Source: Thermoanaerobaculia bacterium
GTDB taxonomy: Bacteria > Acidobacteriota > Thermoanaerobaculia > Multivoradales > UBA5704
Length of the DNA: 64,000 nucleotides
Direction of reading: 5' to 3'
Assembly (NCBI GenBank): GCA_044226625.1
Contig: JBGAGQ010000010.1
Location: 69,813 to 133,812 of the forward strand
The translations under genes were made by a program, and so were the position numbers. Shown here one piece after another: positions 1-9,621 of this stretch; positions within the stretch are counted from its first letter, which is position 1, and the number at the start of each line of letters is the position of its first letter. The notes under the pieces are model-generated. The model was not told where the DNA came from. It saw only the letters and a program-made list of their open reading frames with translations, and made no database searches.

Positions 1-43
1 GGTGAGAGGCGACATGTACCGGCGGCCTGAAAGGTCGCCGGAC

Positions 44-592
44 CTACCCCGGCTGCTTCGCTGGGGCCGGAGGATCGAGCGAGGTCGCGGGGTGGGAATG
101 GCCGCGATGGCAGGTGGTGCAGTTCACCACCGCCGGCTCCTCGTCCTTCCGCTCCGGATAGGCCGTGATCGTCTTCGACACGTCGGCCGCGAGGGCCGCC
201 ATCCGCCGTGTGATCTCTTTGTTCGGCTTCGCATCGGAGGCCCAGTCGGCGGGCGTGTGGCACTTCATGCACGTCACGCCGAGCGAGCGCGAATAGCCGA
301 ACTCCATGATCCGCAGAACGTTCTCCGCCGGAACGCCGCGGAGCAGCTTGATGTTCTTGAACACCGTCTCGGCCGGTTCCTTCTCGTGGCCCGCGATCCG
401 CGTCCGCAGATCGGCGAGCGCCGCGGCCTGATCGAACGCGATCTGTTGATGGTCCTCGATCGGCGGGGGAGCGGGGATGCCGACGGGGGCCTTCGGGGGA
501 GTCGGCGGCGCCGGGGGTTGACTCGGGGGCTGGCCGGCCGCGGCGCCGCCCAGGATCAGCGAGAGGATCGTCAAGCCGAACGCGTTTCTCAT
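44..592 (-). CDS. Exported diheme c-type cytochrome (reaction-centre cytochrome c subunit-like family)
   Basis: Signal peptide, Pro-rich linker, two CxxCH motifs (CMKCH, CTTCH), FKNIKLL and SLGVTC segments typical of the family. Confidence 0.8.
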   Translation of the reverse strand: MRNAFGLTILSLILGGAAAGQPPSQPPAPPTPPKAPVGIPAPPPIEDHQQIAFDQAAALADLRTRIAGHEKEPAETVFKNIKLLRGVPAENVLRIMEFGYSRSLGVTCMKCHTPADWASDAKPNKEITRRMAALAADVSKTITAYPERKDEEPAVVNCTTCHRGHSHPATSLDPPAPAKQPG

Positions 593-681
593 GGAGCTTC
601 TCCTTGCGACCGATGGTGCGAGCGCGTGCTCGGTTCGAGCACTCTTTTCGGTCGTCGACCCGCTCTAAGATACCCGACATC

Positions 682-2166
<1,485 letters not shown>

Positions 2167-2195
2167 CGGGCTGCTGGAGAGTTTTTAAGCAGCTT

Positions 2196-2621
2196 TTACC
2201 GCGAGCCCGCCTCGGCATCGGTCTTGGCCGCCTCGCGGGCGACCGGGTCGGCGCCCTTGAGGACTTTGATCTCGAGGAGCCGGAACGGCTGCTCCTGGTA
2301 GCTCAGTCGGATCGCCTGGCCGGCGGCGAGATCCTCGGGGCGCAGCTTTTTGCGGCCGGAGAACGCGGCCTTGTCGGCCGACTTGAGCTTGAGGCCGTCC
2401 GGCAGCACGAAGGCGAGCTCGCGCTTGTCCTCGAGCCGGATCTGCACCTCGTACCCCGGGGCCGGGCCGACGGAGAGGATCTCCCCCTTCACCCACCGGA
2501 TCTGGGCGTACGCCTCGTTGTCGAGCGTGCCGGAGGAGACGGAACCCGAGGCCAGAAGGGTGGCCGGGGCGAGAGCGGCGGCGAGTAGCAGGGCGATCGA
2601 GAACCGGGCGATGCGGCGCAT
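2196..2621 (-). CDS. Exported hypothetical protein (141 aa)
   Basis: AAGGAG upstream of ATG 2621; signal peptide MRRIARFSIALLLAAALAPA. Confidence 0.7.
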   Translation of the reverse strand: MRRIARFSIALLLAAALAPATLLASGSVSSGTLDNEAYAQIRWVKGEILSVGPAPGYEVQIRLEDKRELAFVLPDGLKLKSADKAAFSGRKKLRPEDLAAGQAIRLSYQEQPFRLLEIKVLKGADPVAREAAKTDAEAGSR

Positions 2622-2730
2622 GAGACGTCTCCTTCGGGTTCTTGGGGTCCGAGGCGGATGGTCCTTCTTCTCTCCAGTCCGTTTCCCGGACGCGGTTGGA
2701 TTTCGTCGAAACGCGCGGAACAATGGTCGC

Positions 2731-4197
2731 ATGCCCGATCACCCCGACGGCCGTGCCGGAGAGGATCGCACGGCGGCGCCGGTTGCGCTGGCCGGTCTGC
2801 TCGGCGCCGCGGCCGGCTCGGCCGGGATCTGGGCGTTCCTCTCGTTCCGGTTCCACGGCGAAAACGGCGCCGCTCCGGTCGCGATCTTTCTGTGGGCCAT
2901 CCTCGCCCTGTTCGTCATCCTAGGGGCCGGTTTCGCCTCCGCCCGCCGCCTCGCGGCGGAGCGACCGCAGCTCGCGCTCGTCCTGATTCTCGGCACCGCG
3001 GCGCTCTTCCGGCTGCTGCTCCTTCCGGCGGGGCTCGCCGCTTCCCGGGGCGCGGCGGCCGACGACCTCGCCGGTCGCGCGGTGGGCTTCGAGCGCTTCC
3101 TGCTCTACGACCAGGACGTCTGGCGCTACCTTTGGGACGGCCATCTGGTCGCCCGGGGAATCGATCCCTACGGTCGGACGCCGGAGGAGTGGGAACGGCT
3201 CACCGAAGCGGGAGACCCGCGGGCCGAGGCGATCCTCGAAGAGCCCCCGTGGCTCGACGCGTTCGACATGATCGCGTTTCGCGGCCATCGATCCGTCTAT
3301 CCTCCGCTCGCGCAGGCGGCGTTCGGCCTGTCCGCGCTCGTGGCGCCTGGCAGCGTCCTCGTCTGGAAGCTCCTGCTGCTGGTCGTCGACCTCGGCACCT
3401 GCGGGCTGCTCGCGGCGCTGCTCGCCCGGTTGGGGCGCGGCCGGTGGGAGGTGATCCTCTACGCTTGGAATCCGCTCGTTTTGAAAGAGGTCGCCGGCTC
3501 CGGGCACGTCGACGCCCTCGCGGCGCTCGGCCTCGCCGGAGCGGCGCTCGCGCTGGTCGCGGCGGACCGTTCATCCCACCCGAAAGAGCGCCGACGGGGC
3601 GAATCGCTCACGCTGGCTGCCTTGGCTTTCGCGGGCCTCGCCAAGCTCACCCCGCTCGTCGCCGCCCCGGCGTTCCTCGCGCGGATCCCGCGGCGGAGGG
3701 GGTGGATTCTCCCGGCGGCTCTGGCGGTGGGTTCCCTGCCTTTTGCGGCCGGCCTTCCGGATCTCCTCCACGGTCTCTCGGCGATGGCCGCCGAATGGCG
3801 ATTCCAAGCCGGTGGGTGGGATCTCTTCGCGGCGCTCGGCGAGTGGATCGTGCCGGGCGCGGGCCGTGGCGTCGCGACGGCGTTTGCGCTGCTCGCGACG
3901 CTCGCCCTTGGCGTCTGGATCCTTCGCGATCGGAGCGCCCTCGGAGCACTGCGGGCCGCGTACGCGATGCTGCTCGCGTTCCTCCTGCTCGGTCCGGCGG
4001 TGATGCCCTGGTACGCGGTGGGCCTCCTGCCGCTCGCGGTCGCCGTCCGCGGCCGGGCGGGGCTCGCCTTCTCGGCGCTGGGGTTCCTCTCCTACCTGGT
4101 CTACGTCGACGGGACGGAAGGGATCGCCGCGCGGGCTTTCGTCCACGCGGCGACCTGGGCGCTGCTCGCGATCGATCTCAGGCGAATCGAGGGTTGA
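2731..4197 (+). CDS. Polytopic membrane glycosyltransferase (GT-C, GT87/DUF2029-like)
   Basis: DVWRYLWDG, GIDPY, SVYPP, YAWNPL, GHVD, PWY motifs with many TM helices. Confidence 0.75.
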   Translation: MPDHPDGRAGEDRTAAPVALAGLLGAAAGSAGIWAFLSFRFHGENGAAPVAIFLWAILALFVILGAGFASARRLAAERPQLALVLILGTAALFRLLLLPAGLAASRGAAADDLAGRAVGFERFLLYDQDVWRYLWDGHLVARGIDPYGRTPEEWERLTEAGDPRAEAILEEPPWLDAFDMIAFRGHRSVYPPLAQAAFGLSALVAPGSVLVWKLLLLVVDLGTCGLLAALLARLGRGRWEVILYAWNPLVLKEVAGSGHVDALAALGLAGAALALVAADRSSHPKERRRGESLTLAALAFAGLAKLTPLVAAPAFLARIPRRRGWILPAALAVGSLPFAAGLPDLLHGLSAMAAEWRFQAGGWDLFAALGEWIVPGAGRGVATAFALLATLALGVWILRDRSALGALRAAYAMLLAFLLLGPAVMPWYAVGLLPLAVAVRGRAGLAFSALGFLSYLVYVDGTEGIAARAFVHAATWALLAIDLRRIEG

Positions 4198-4370
4198 TCT
4201 CAGATCGTCGGCGGCGGTGGGGTGCGGCCTCCGGGTGCCTGCCCGCCGCCGGGTTGATCTCAGATCGTCGGCGGCGGTGGGGTGCGGCCTCCGGGTGCCT
4301 GCCCGCCGCCGGGTTGATCTCAGATCGTCGGCGGCGGTGGAGTGCGGCCGCCGGGTGCCTGCCCGCCGCC
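4191..4370. repeat. Tandem repeat, 3 x 60 bp, internally palindromic (REP/BIME-like)
   Basis: GGGTTGATCTCAGATCGTCGGCGGCGGTGG...CCCGCCGCC at 4191, 4251 and 4311 (third copy has two substitutions). Confidence 0.9.
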
Positions 4371-4607
4371 GTCGATGGGGCCTCCGGCCGCTTCGTTGCC
4401 GCGGCGGGCTTGGAAGGAGGGCCTGGGGGCCTTCGGGGTCTTGCCGATCGGGAAGGATTTCGGACAGGAGGGACGCGCGGGGAAAGCTTGCAGGTTTTCC
4501 ATCGATAAGTCTCCTTGATCGGCGTTCGGGGCGCGGAGCCGGGGGCGTCGCGCCGGGGTGAAAACTTGCGGGATCAGTTGGGGAGATCCGATCGGAGCGC
4601 CGAAGGG

Positions 4608-7547
4608 TTAGCCGTCCGGATCGCCGAACACGACGAAACCCGCCCAGTGGCGAAGATCGCCCCGGCCGGGGCGGCCGCGCATTTCCCGCTGCGCCGCGCG
4701 GAGCGCCGTCGCGGGCGATTCGCCGCGCTCGACGAGCCCCCGGTAGAAGGCGGTCATCAGGTCGGCGGTCGTCTCGTCGTCGACCCGGTAGAGGCTTTGG
4801 ACGGACGCGCGAGCCCCCGCGATCAGAAAGCTCTGGGCGAGGCTCGCGAGCCCCTCGCCCTCGCGCTCGCGGCCGGCGCCCGTCTCGCACCCCGAAAGGA
4901 CGACGAGGTCGGCGCCGAGCCGCAGACGTTGGATCTCATAGGCCTTGAGCCGCCCCTCGCGCGGCCGGCCCTCGGCGTCGAACGCCGAGAGCGCGATCGC
5001 CGAGAGCGCCGGCCGATCCGGATCGAGCAGCGCGTGGGTCGCGAAATGCAGGTAGCGCGCGCCGGAAAAGCGGCCGGCCAGGAGCGATTCCATGTTCGCG
5101 TCGAAGCCGACCAAGGCGTGGCCGCTCCCGCCCGCGAGCGCGAGGATCGCTGCGGCTTCGCGGGCCGTTCCGGGCAGCCGCGGAAGCGCGGGGCTCCGGG
5201 AGGGCGAAGGGGATCCGGCAGTTCTCGGCAAACGTGGGTCGCCGCTCGAGTAGACCGGGTCGGCGAACACCACGAGGTCGCCGACCCGCCGCGGGCCCGA
5301 GGACCTCGACCGCGCGCCACGTAGCGCGGCGAGTGCCGCGACCGAGGGGAGGACCGCGACCTCCGCCCGCTCGACGAGAGGCTCGCCGTCGGCGAGCGGA
5401 AGGGCGGCGAACGGCACGTAGAACAGCGCCCCCTCCGGAACGAAGAGTAGGCGGCGGAGCGGCGTGCCGCCTACGGGCGCCGGCCCGCGGAACAGCAGCC
5501 GGGCGGACAGCTCCGCAAGCGCGGTCCGGGTGGCCGTTCTCGCGAGGCTCGGCTGGGGCGACGCGACGAGCGCGTGGGCGCGGCGGGCCAGCGCTTCGAG
5601 TGCCGCCCGGGGCGGGAGCGCACGGACTTCGAGCCGGTCCCCGGCGAGGCGCCAGGCGAAGCTCTCTCGCTCGCCGAGCGAGTAGGCGATCAGCTCGGTC
5701 CCGGGCGCCAGGCGGGGGAGGGCCGGAGCAGGGGACGCACCCCGGCTCGGCGGACCGAACGCCCGCCTCCGACAGGCGGCCTCGGACCGCTCGCGGGCCT
5801 CGAGCAGGCGATCGACCTCCGCGCCCGCCTCTTCGCGGGCGGCCGCCGGCGCCCGGTTGTCGGCGAGCCAGGCCGCCTTGGCGCTCGCCGCGTTGAGCGC
5901 GCGGACGGTCTCGGCGAGGCGGGTCGCTTCCTCCGGACAGCTGCCGGCGGCCGTTTCGGTCGGGCCGCGCGGAGCCTCCAACGCCTCCAGCAGACCGCGG
6001 GCGCGGCCCGTCTCGGCGAGCGCGAACGCCTCGCGTTCGAAGCCGGCGCGGGGCGCCGCACGGTGTCGCGCCATCGCGATTCCGACCGAGAGATCCCAGA
6101 GCTCGCGCCGGCTGCCGAAGAACGCGGCGGCGAGCCCGCGCGGCGCGAGGTCTCGGCGGAGCGATTCGACGATCGCGCGCGCCGCGCGCGCCGCGTCCGC
6201 CGCCGCGGTGAGATCGCCCGATCTCCATTGGGCCCGCGCGAGACCGGTCAGGGCGGCGGCCTCGGCCTCTCGGTTGGTCCCTTCGCGCGCGAGCCGCAGG
6301 GCGGGCAGGATCTGGGCGAGCGCCTCGCGCGGCCGGCCGCGCCGGGTTTCGATCCGGCAGAGCACGATGCGGCCCGAGGTCTCGCCCGCCGCGTCCCCTA
6401 GCTCCACATATCGGTCCACCGCTTGCCCTTCGATGCTCGCCGCCGCCTCGAGGTCTCCAGCCGCTTCGGCGAGTAGCCCCAGCTGACCGAGCGCGATCGC
6501 CTCGCCATGCCGGTCGCCGACCTCGCGGCCGATCGCAAGGGCCCGGTCGAGCACCTCGCGCGCCTCGCCGCGGCGCCCGGCGAGGATCAGCGATTCGCCC
6601 AGGTTGAGGAGCGCCGCGCCGAGCTCGCGGCTCCGGCCCGCGAGGTCGCGGCAGGCGGCGAGCAGATCGCGCCGCGCGGCGTCGAGGTCGCCGAGCTTGA
6701 GCCGCAACCGGCCGCGGTTGGCTAGCGTCACGCCGCGATAGGTCGAGTCGCCGATCTCGGTCCAGATCGCGAGCGCCTCGTCATAGGCGGCGAACGCCCG
6801 GTCGGAGCGATCCCGGTCGGCGAGCGCGCGGCCGAGATTGGTGAGCGAGACCCCTTGTTCGAACCGCCGGCCCGCGTGCCGTTGGATCGCGAGCGCCTCT
6901 TCGTAGCAGCGGGCCGCGGCGTCGGGGTCGCCCAGCAGCCGGTAGGCCAGGCCGAGGCCGTTCAGGGCGTCGGCGAGACCGCCGGGTGTTTCCGGGGGAG
7001 GATCCGGGGGGCCCGACATCGGCCGAGGCGGAGCTCCGCGCTCGCGGCGGAAGATCTCGACCGCCTCGGCGAACGCGCGGCGCGAGCCGGCGATGTCGCC
7101 GAGCCGCGCGAGCGTTCGGCCGAGCCGGTCGAGGGCGTCCGCGCGTCGGATCGGATCGTCGAGGGCGGAAAACTCTCCGAGCACGGCGCGGTATCCCGCG
7201 GCCGCTCGGCGTAACGTGGCCTCGCCCTCCTGCCGCCGCGCCGCCTCGGCTCGCGCGAAGCTCCATTCGGCTCGAGTTCGCCGCCGGTCGACCGCCGTCG
7301 CGGCACGGAGCGTCTCGATGCGCAGGACGTACCGGCCGGCCGGGGCGGACCGGTCGGGAGCGGTTACGGAAAACGTCATGCCTCCGCCCAGACCCCAGCC
7401 GCCGGCCGCGAGCAGGTAGATCCGCTCGATCCCCTCGCGGCCGGTGGGGCTGTCGATCGGGGGCAACCGGGTAGCCTCGATCGGGCCCCGGCCCTTGCTC
7501 AGGACCTGGAGCTCGAGATCGACCCCCCTCTGTTCGGCGGCGACCAC
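4608..7547 (-). CDS. TPR-CHAT (caspase-like) protease
   Basis: TPR repeats, then CHAT with LHFATHA (His) and VLSGCETG (Cys) and a C-terminal WAGF. The frame stays open upstream to about 7790 (GGESHRYRL and a hydrophobic Cys-rich stretch), so the true start is probably further 5'. Confidence 0.9.
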   Translation of the reverse strand: MVAAEQRGVDLELQVLSKGRGPIEATRLPPIDSPTGREGIERIYLLAAGGWGLGGGMTFSVTAPDRSAPAGRYVLRIETLRAATAVDRRRTRAEWSFARAEAARRQEGEATLRRAAAGYRAVLGEFSALDDPIRRADALDRLGRTLARLGDIAGSRRAFAEAVEIFRRERGAPPRPMSGPPDPPPETPGGLADALNGLGLAYRLLGDPDAAARCYEEALAIQRHAGRRFEQGVSLTNLGRALADRDRSDRAFAAYDEALAIWTEIGDSTYRGVTLANRGRLRLKLGDLDAARRDLLAACRDLAGRSRELGAALLNLGESLILAGRRGEAREVLDRALAIGREVGDRHGEAIALGQLGLLAEAAGDLEAAASIEGQAVDRYVELGDAAGETSGRIVLCRIETRRGRPREALAQILPALRLAREGTNREAEAAALTGLARAQWRSGDLTAAADAARAARAIVESLRRDLAPRGLAAAFFGSRRELWDLSVGIAMARHRAAPRAGFEREAFALAETGRARGLLEALEAPRGPTETAAGSCPEEATRLAETVRALNAASAKAAWLADNRAPAAAREEAGAEVDRLLEARERSEAACRRRAFGPPSRGASPAPALPRLAPGTELIAYSLGERESFAWRLAGDRLEVRALPPRAALEALARRAHALVASPQPSLARTATRTALAELSARLLFRGPAPVGGTPLRRLLFVPEGALFYVPFAALPLADGEPLVERAEVAVLPSVAALAALRGARSRSSGPRRVGDLVVFADPVYSSGDPRLPRTAGSPSPSRSPALPRLPGTAREAAAILALAGGSGHALVGFDANMESLLAGRFSGARYLHFATHALLDPDRPALSAIALSAFDAEGRPREGRLKAYEIQRLRLGADLVVLSGCETGAGREREGEGLASLAQSFLIAGARASVQSLYRVDDETTADLMTAFYRGLVERGESPATALRAAQREMRGRPGRGDLRHWAGFVVFGDPDG

Positions 7548-7789
7548 GGCGAGCTCCCCGGCGCGGAGCGCGAGCCGATAGCGGTGGGACTCGCCTCCGG
7601 CGAGCGCGCGCTCGAGCGGACCGGCGTTGCGCGGCAGGACCCGCGCGGGAACGGCAACGGACGTTCCGGACGGCGCCGCGGGGCCTCGCGCGCAGGCGCA
7701 GGCGATCCACGCGCATGCGACCGCGGCGGCCCACCGCGCCGGCGGGGGGTGAAAAGGAGCCAGGGAACCCCCTTTCGGGACGGATCGGC

Positions 7790-8647
7790 TCAGGAGTTTG
7801 TGATGTTTAGATGATACACGGCGACCGCATGGCCGTCCGCCGGATCGAGCAGACGGATCGCGATCGAGCGCGCGGAGGAGAGGGCGCGGCGGGGGATGGC
7901 GAGGGTATAGGAGTCGCCCGCGTTCTTCTCGAGCCCTGCGCCGCGCCAGAGGATCCGGCCGGAGTCGCCCGTCCCGTCCCCGGCGGCGATTTCGACCGCG
8001 ACCGGTCCCTCGGGCGCTCCGGGCGGCGCCGCGAGGACGAGAGAGAAGACCCGCGCGTCGCGAGGGAGGGCGAGGGTGGCCGCCGTCTCGGCATCTCCCC
8101 GCTCCGGCGTCGCCGAAAGATCGACGAGCGGCGCGTTCGCGGTCGGCGTGGAGAGCTCGCGGCGCAGGGCGACGTCGTCGAAGGCGAGGCCGATCGCTGC
8201 GATCAGGGCTGCCGCGGCGAGGGCGAACGGGCCACGCCGGGAGCGGAAGGTCGAGGCTTCGACCGGGGTATCGCGCGTCGCCGGCCCGACCCGTTCCATC
8301 CGCGCCGAGGCCGCCGCGTCATCCTGAGCCCGACGCACGCCGCGCCAAGCCGCCGCGATCTCGAACTCGCTCGGCGGTGGTAGGTCCGCGCCGAGCTCGC
8401 CGCGAGCCCAGAGATCGAGATCGACGAGCAGATCGCCGCATTCGCGGCAGGCGAGGAGGTGCGCGCGGATCTCGTCCGCTTCGGCCTCGGGGAGCGTCCC
8501 CGCGCGGTAGGCCGCGAGCCGCTCGGGCTCGACGTGCGCGCCGGGGACGTCGCCGCCGGACGCCGCGAAGGCCCGGATCTCGGCTTCGATCTCCGGCTCC
8601 CACGCGCCGCCTTCCGCTTCGAGATCGACCTGCCGTTCCTCGCTCAA
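7790..8647 (-). CDS. Zinc-finger (zf-HC2) transmembrane anti-sigma factor
   Basis: HLLACREC (HxxxCxxC), one TM helix, C-terminal extracytoplasmic domain; 4-bp overlap with the sigma gene. Confidence 0.85.
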   Translation of the reverse strand: MSEERQVDLEAEGGAWEPEIEAEIRAFAASGGDVPGAHVEPERLAAYRAGTLPEAEADEIRAHLLACRECGDLLVDLDLWARGELGADLPPPSEFEIAAAWRGVRRAQDDAAASARMERVGPATRDTPVEASTFRSRRGPFALAAAALIAAIGLAFDDVALRRELSTPTANAPLVDLSATPERGDAETAATLALPRDARVFSLVLAAPPGAPEGPVAVEIAAGDGTGDSGRILWRGAGLEKNAGDSYTLAIPRRALSSARSIAIRLLDPADGHAVAVYHLNITNS

Positions 8648-9333
8648 GACCGCTCCTTTGCGTTCCCGTCCACCCTCGCGCCCTCGTCGGCGAGGGCGAT
8701 GCGCAGCTTCTTCTTCGCCTGGAATAGATGCGCCTTGACCGTCTCGGCCGACCGGCCGAGCAGGAGCGCGATCTCCTGAACCGCGAGCTCCCGCTCGACC
8801 CGAAGGATCACACAGGCGCGCATCTGCTCGGGCAGCGCCGCGATCGCCGCGCGCAGGCGGGCGGCGCGCTCCCGCCGGAGCGCGAGCTCCTCGGGCGCCG
8901 GATCGGAGGAAGGCAGAACGATCGCTCGGCCCCCTTCGACATCTCCCGCGTGCCCCCCGGAGCCCGGAGGAGCCGCGTCGAGGGAGATCTCCTCGGCGTT
9001 CCGCTTGATCGTGAGCTGCCCGCGCAGCCGCTTCTTCCAGGCGTTGGTCGCGATCGCGAACACCCAGGCGTCGAAGCCCGCGTCCTCGCGAAGCGACCCG
9101 ATGCCTCGATAGATCCCGACGAGCGTCTCTTGGGTTAGATCGCCCGCGTCCTCCGGAGAAAACCCGCGGCGGGCGAAAAACGCCTGGATCGGCCGCAGGT
9201 AGAAACCGATCAGGCGGCGAAACCCCTCCTCGACGCGGACGCCCGCCCGGATCTCCGCAACGATCCGGGCGACCGCCTCCGCACGTTCCGCCGAACCGGC
9301 CGCCGGACGAGGAGGGTTGTTGGCAATACTCAA
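8644..9333 (-). CDS. ECF RNA polymerase sigma factor
   Basis: Region 2 DAGDLTQET / FDAWVFAIATN; region 4 LPEQMR...EIA...TVKAHLFQA. Confidence 0.92.
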   Translation of the reverse strand: MSIANNPPRPAAGSAERAEAVARIVAEIRAGVRVEEGFRRLIGFYLRPIQAFFARRGFSPEDAGDLTQETLVGIYRGIGSLREDAGFDAWVFAIATNAWKKRLRGQLTIKRNAEEISLDAAPPGSGGHAGDVEGGRAIVLPSSDPAPEELALRRERAARLRAAIAALPEQMRACVILRVERELAVQEIALLLGRSAETVKAHLFQAKKKLRIALADEGARVDGNAKERS

Positions 9334-9503
9334 GATGCTACCACCGCGGGTGAGCCGTGGGTCCCTCTCACTGGAGACGCCCCGACGGAGGCGGTTCCGG
9401 AACCTGCCCGGTTGTGGACTGGGGCGTCTCTACGGCCCTACGGCAGATCTGTGGCGGGGTGGTGTGCGGTCCCTTCGATCTGCCGACACAGTTCGGCCCG
9501 GGT

Positions 9504-9583
9504 CCCTCCCCCCCTTGTGGGGGGAGGTCAGGAGGGGGGGACCCCGCCACCCCCGCCAGACGCGGTACTCTTCCCCCCACAAG
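9504..9583. repeat. REP-like palindromic element
   Basis: CCTCCCCCCCTTGTGGGGGGAGG hairpin plus a complementary partial copy TTCCCCCCACAAG at 9571. Confidence 0.5.
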
Positions 9584-9621
9584 AAGCCAAGCGCGGCAGC
9601 GCGCGCTCGGGAGGTTAGACG

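Noticed and set aside
44-592. Reaction-centre cytochrome similarity as evidence of phototrophy
   Set aside because: Only two hemes and no puf/bch genes nearby; such short homologs occur in non-phototrophs
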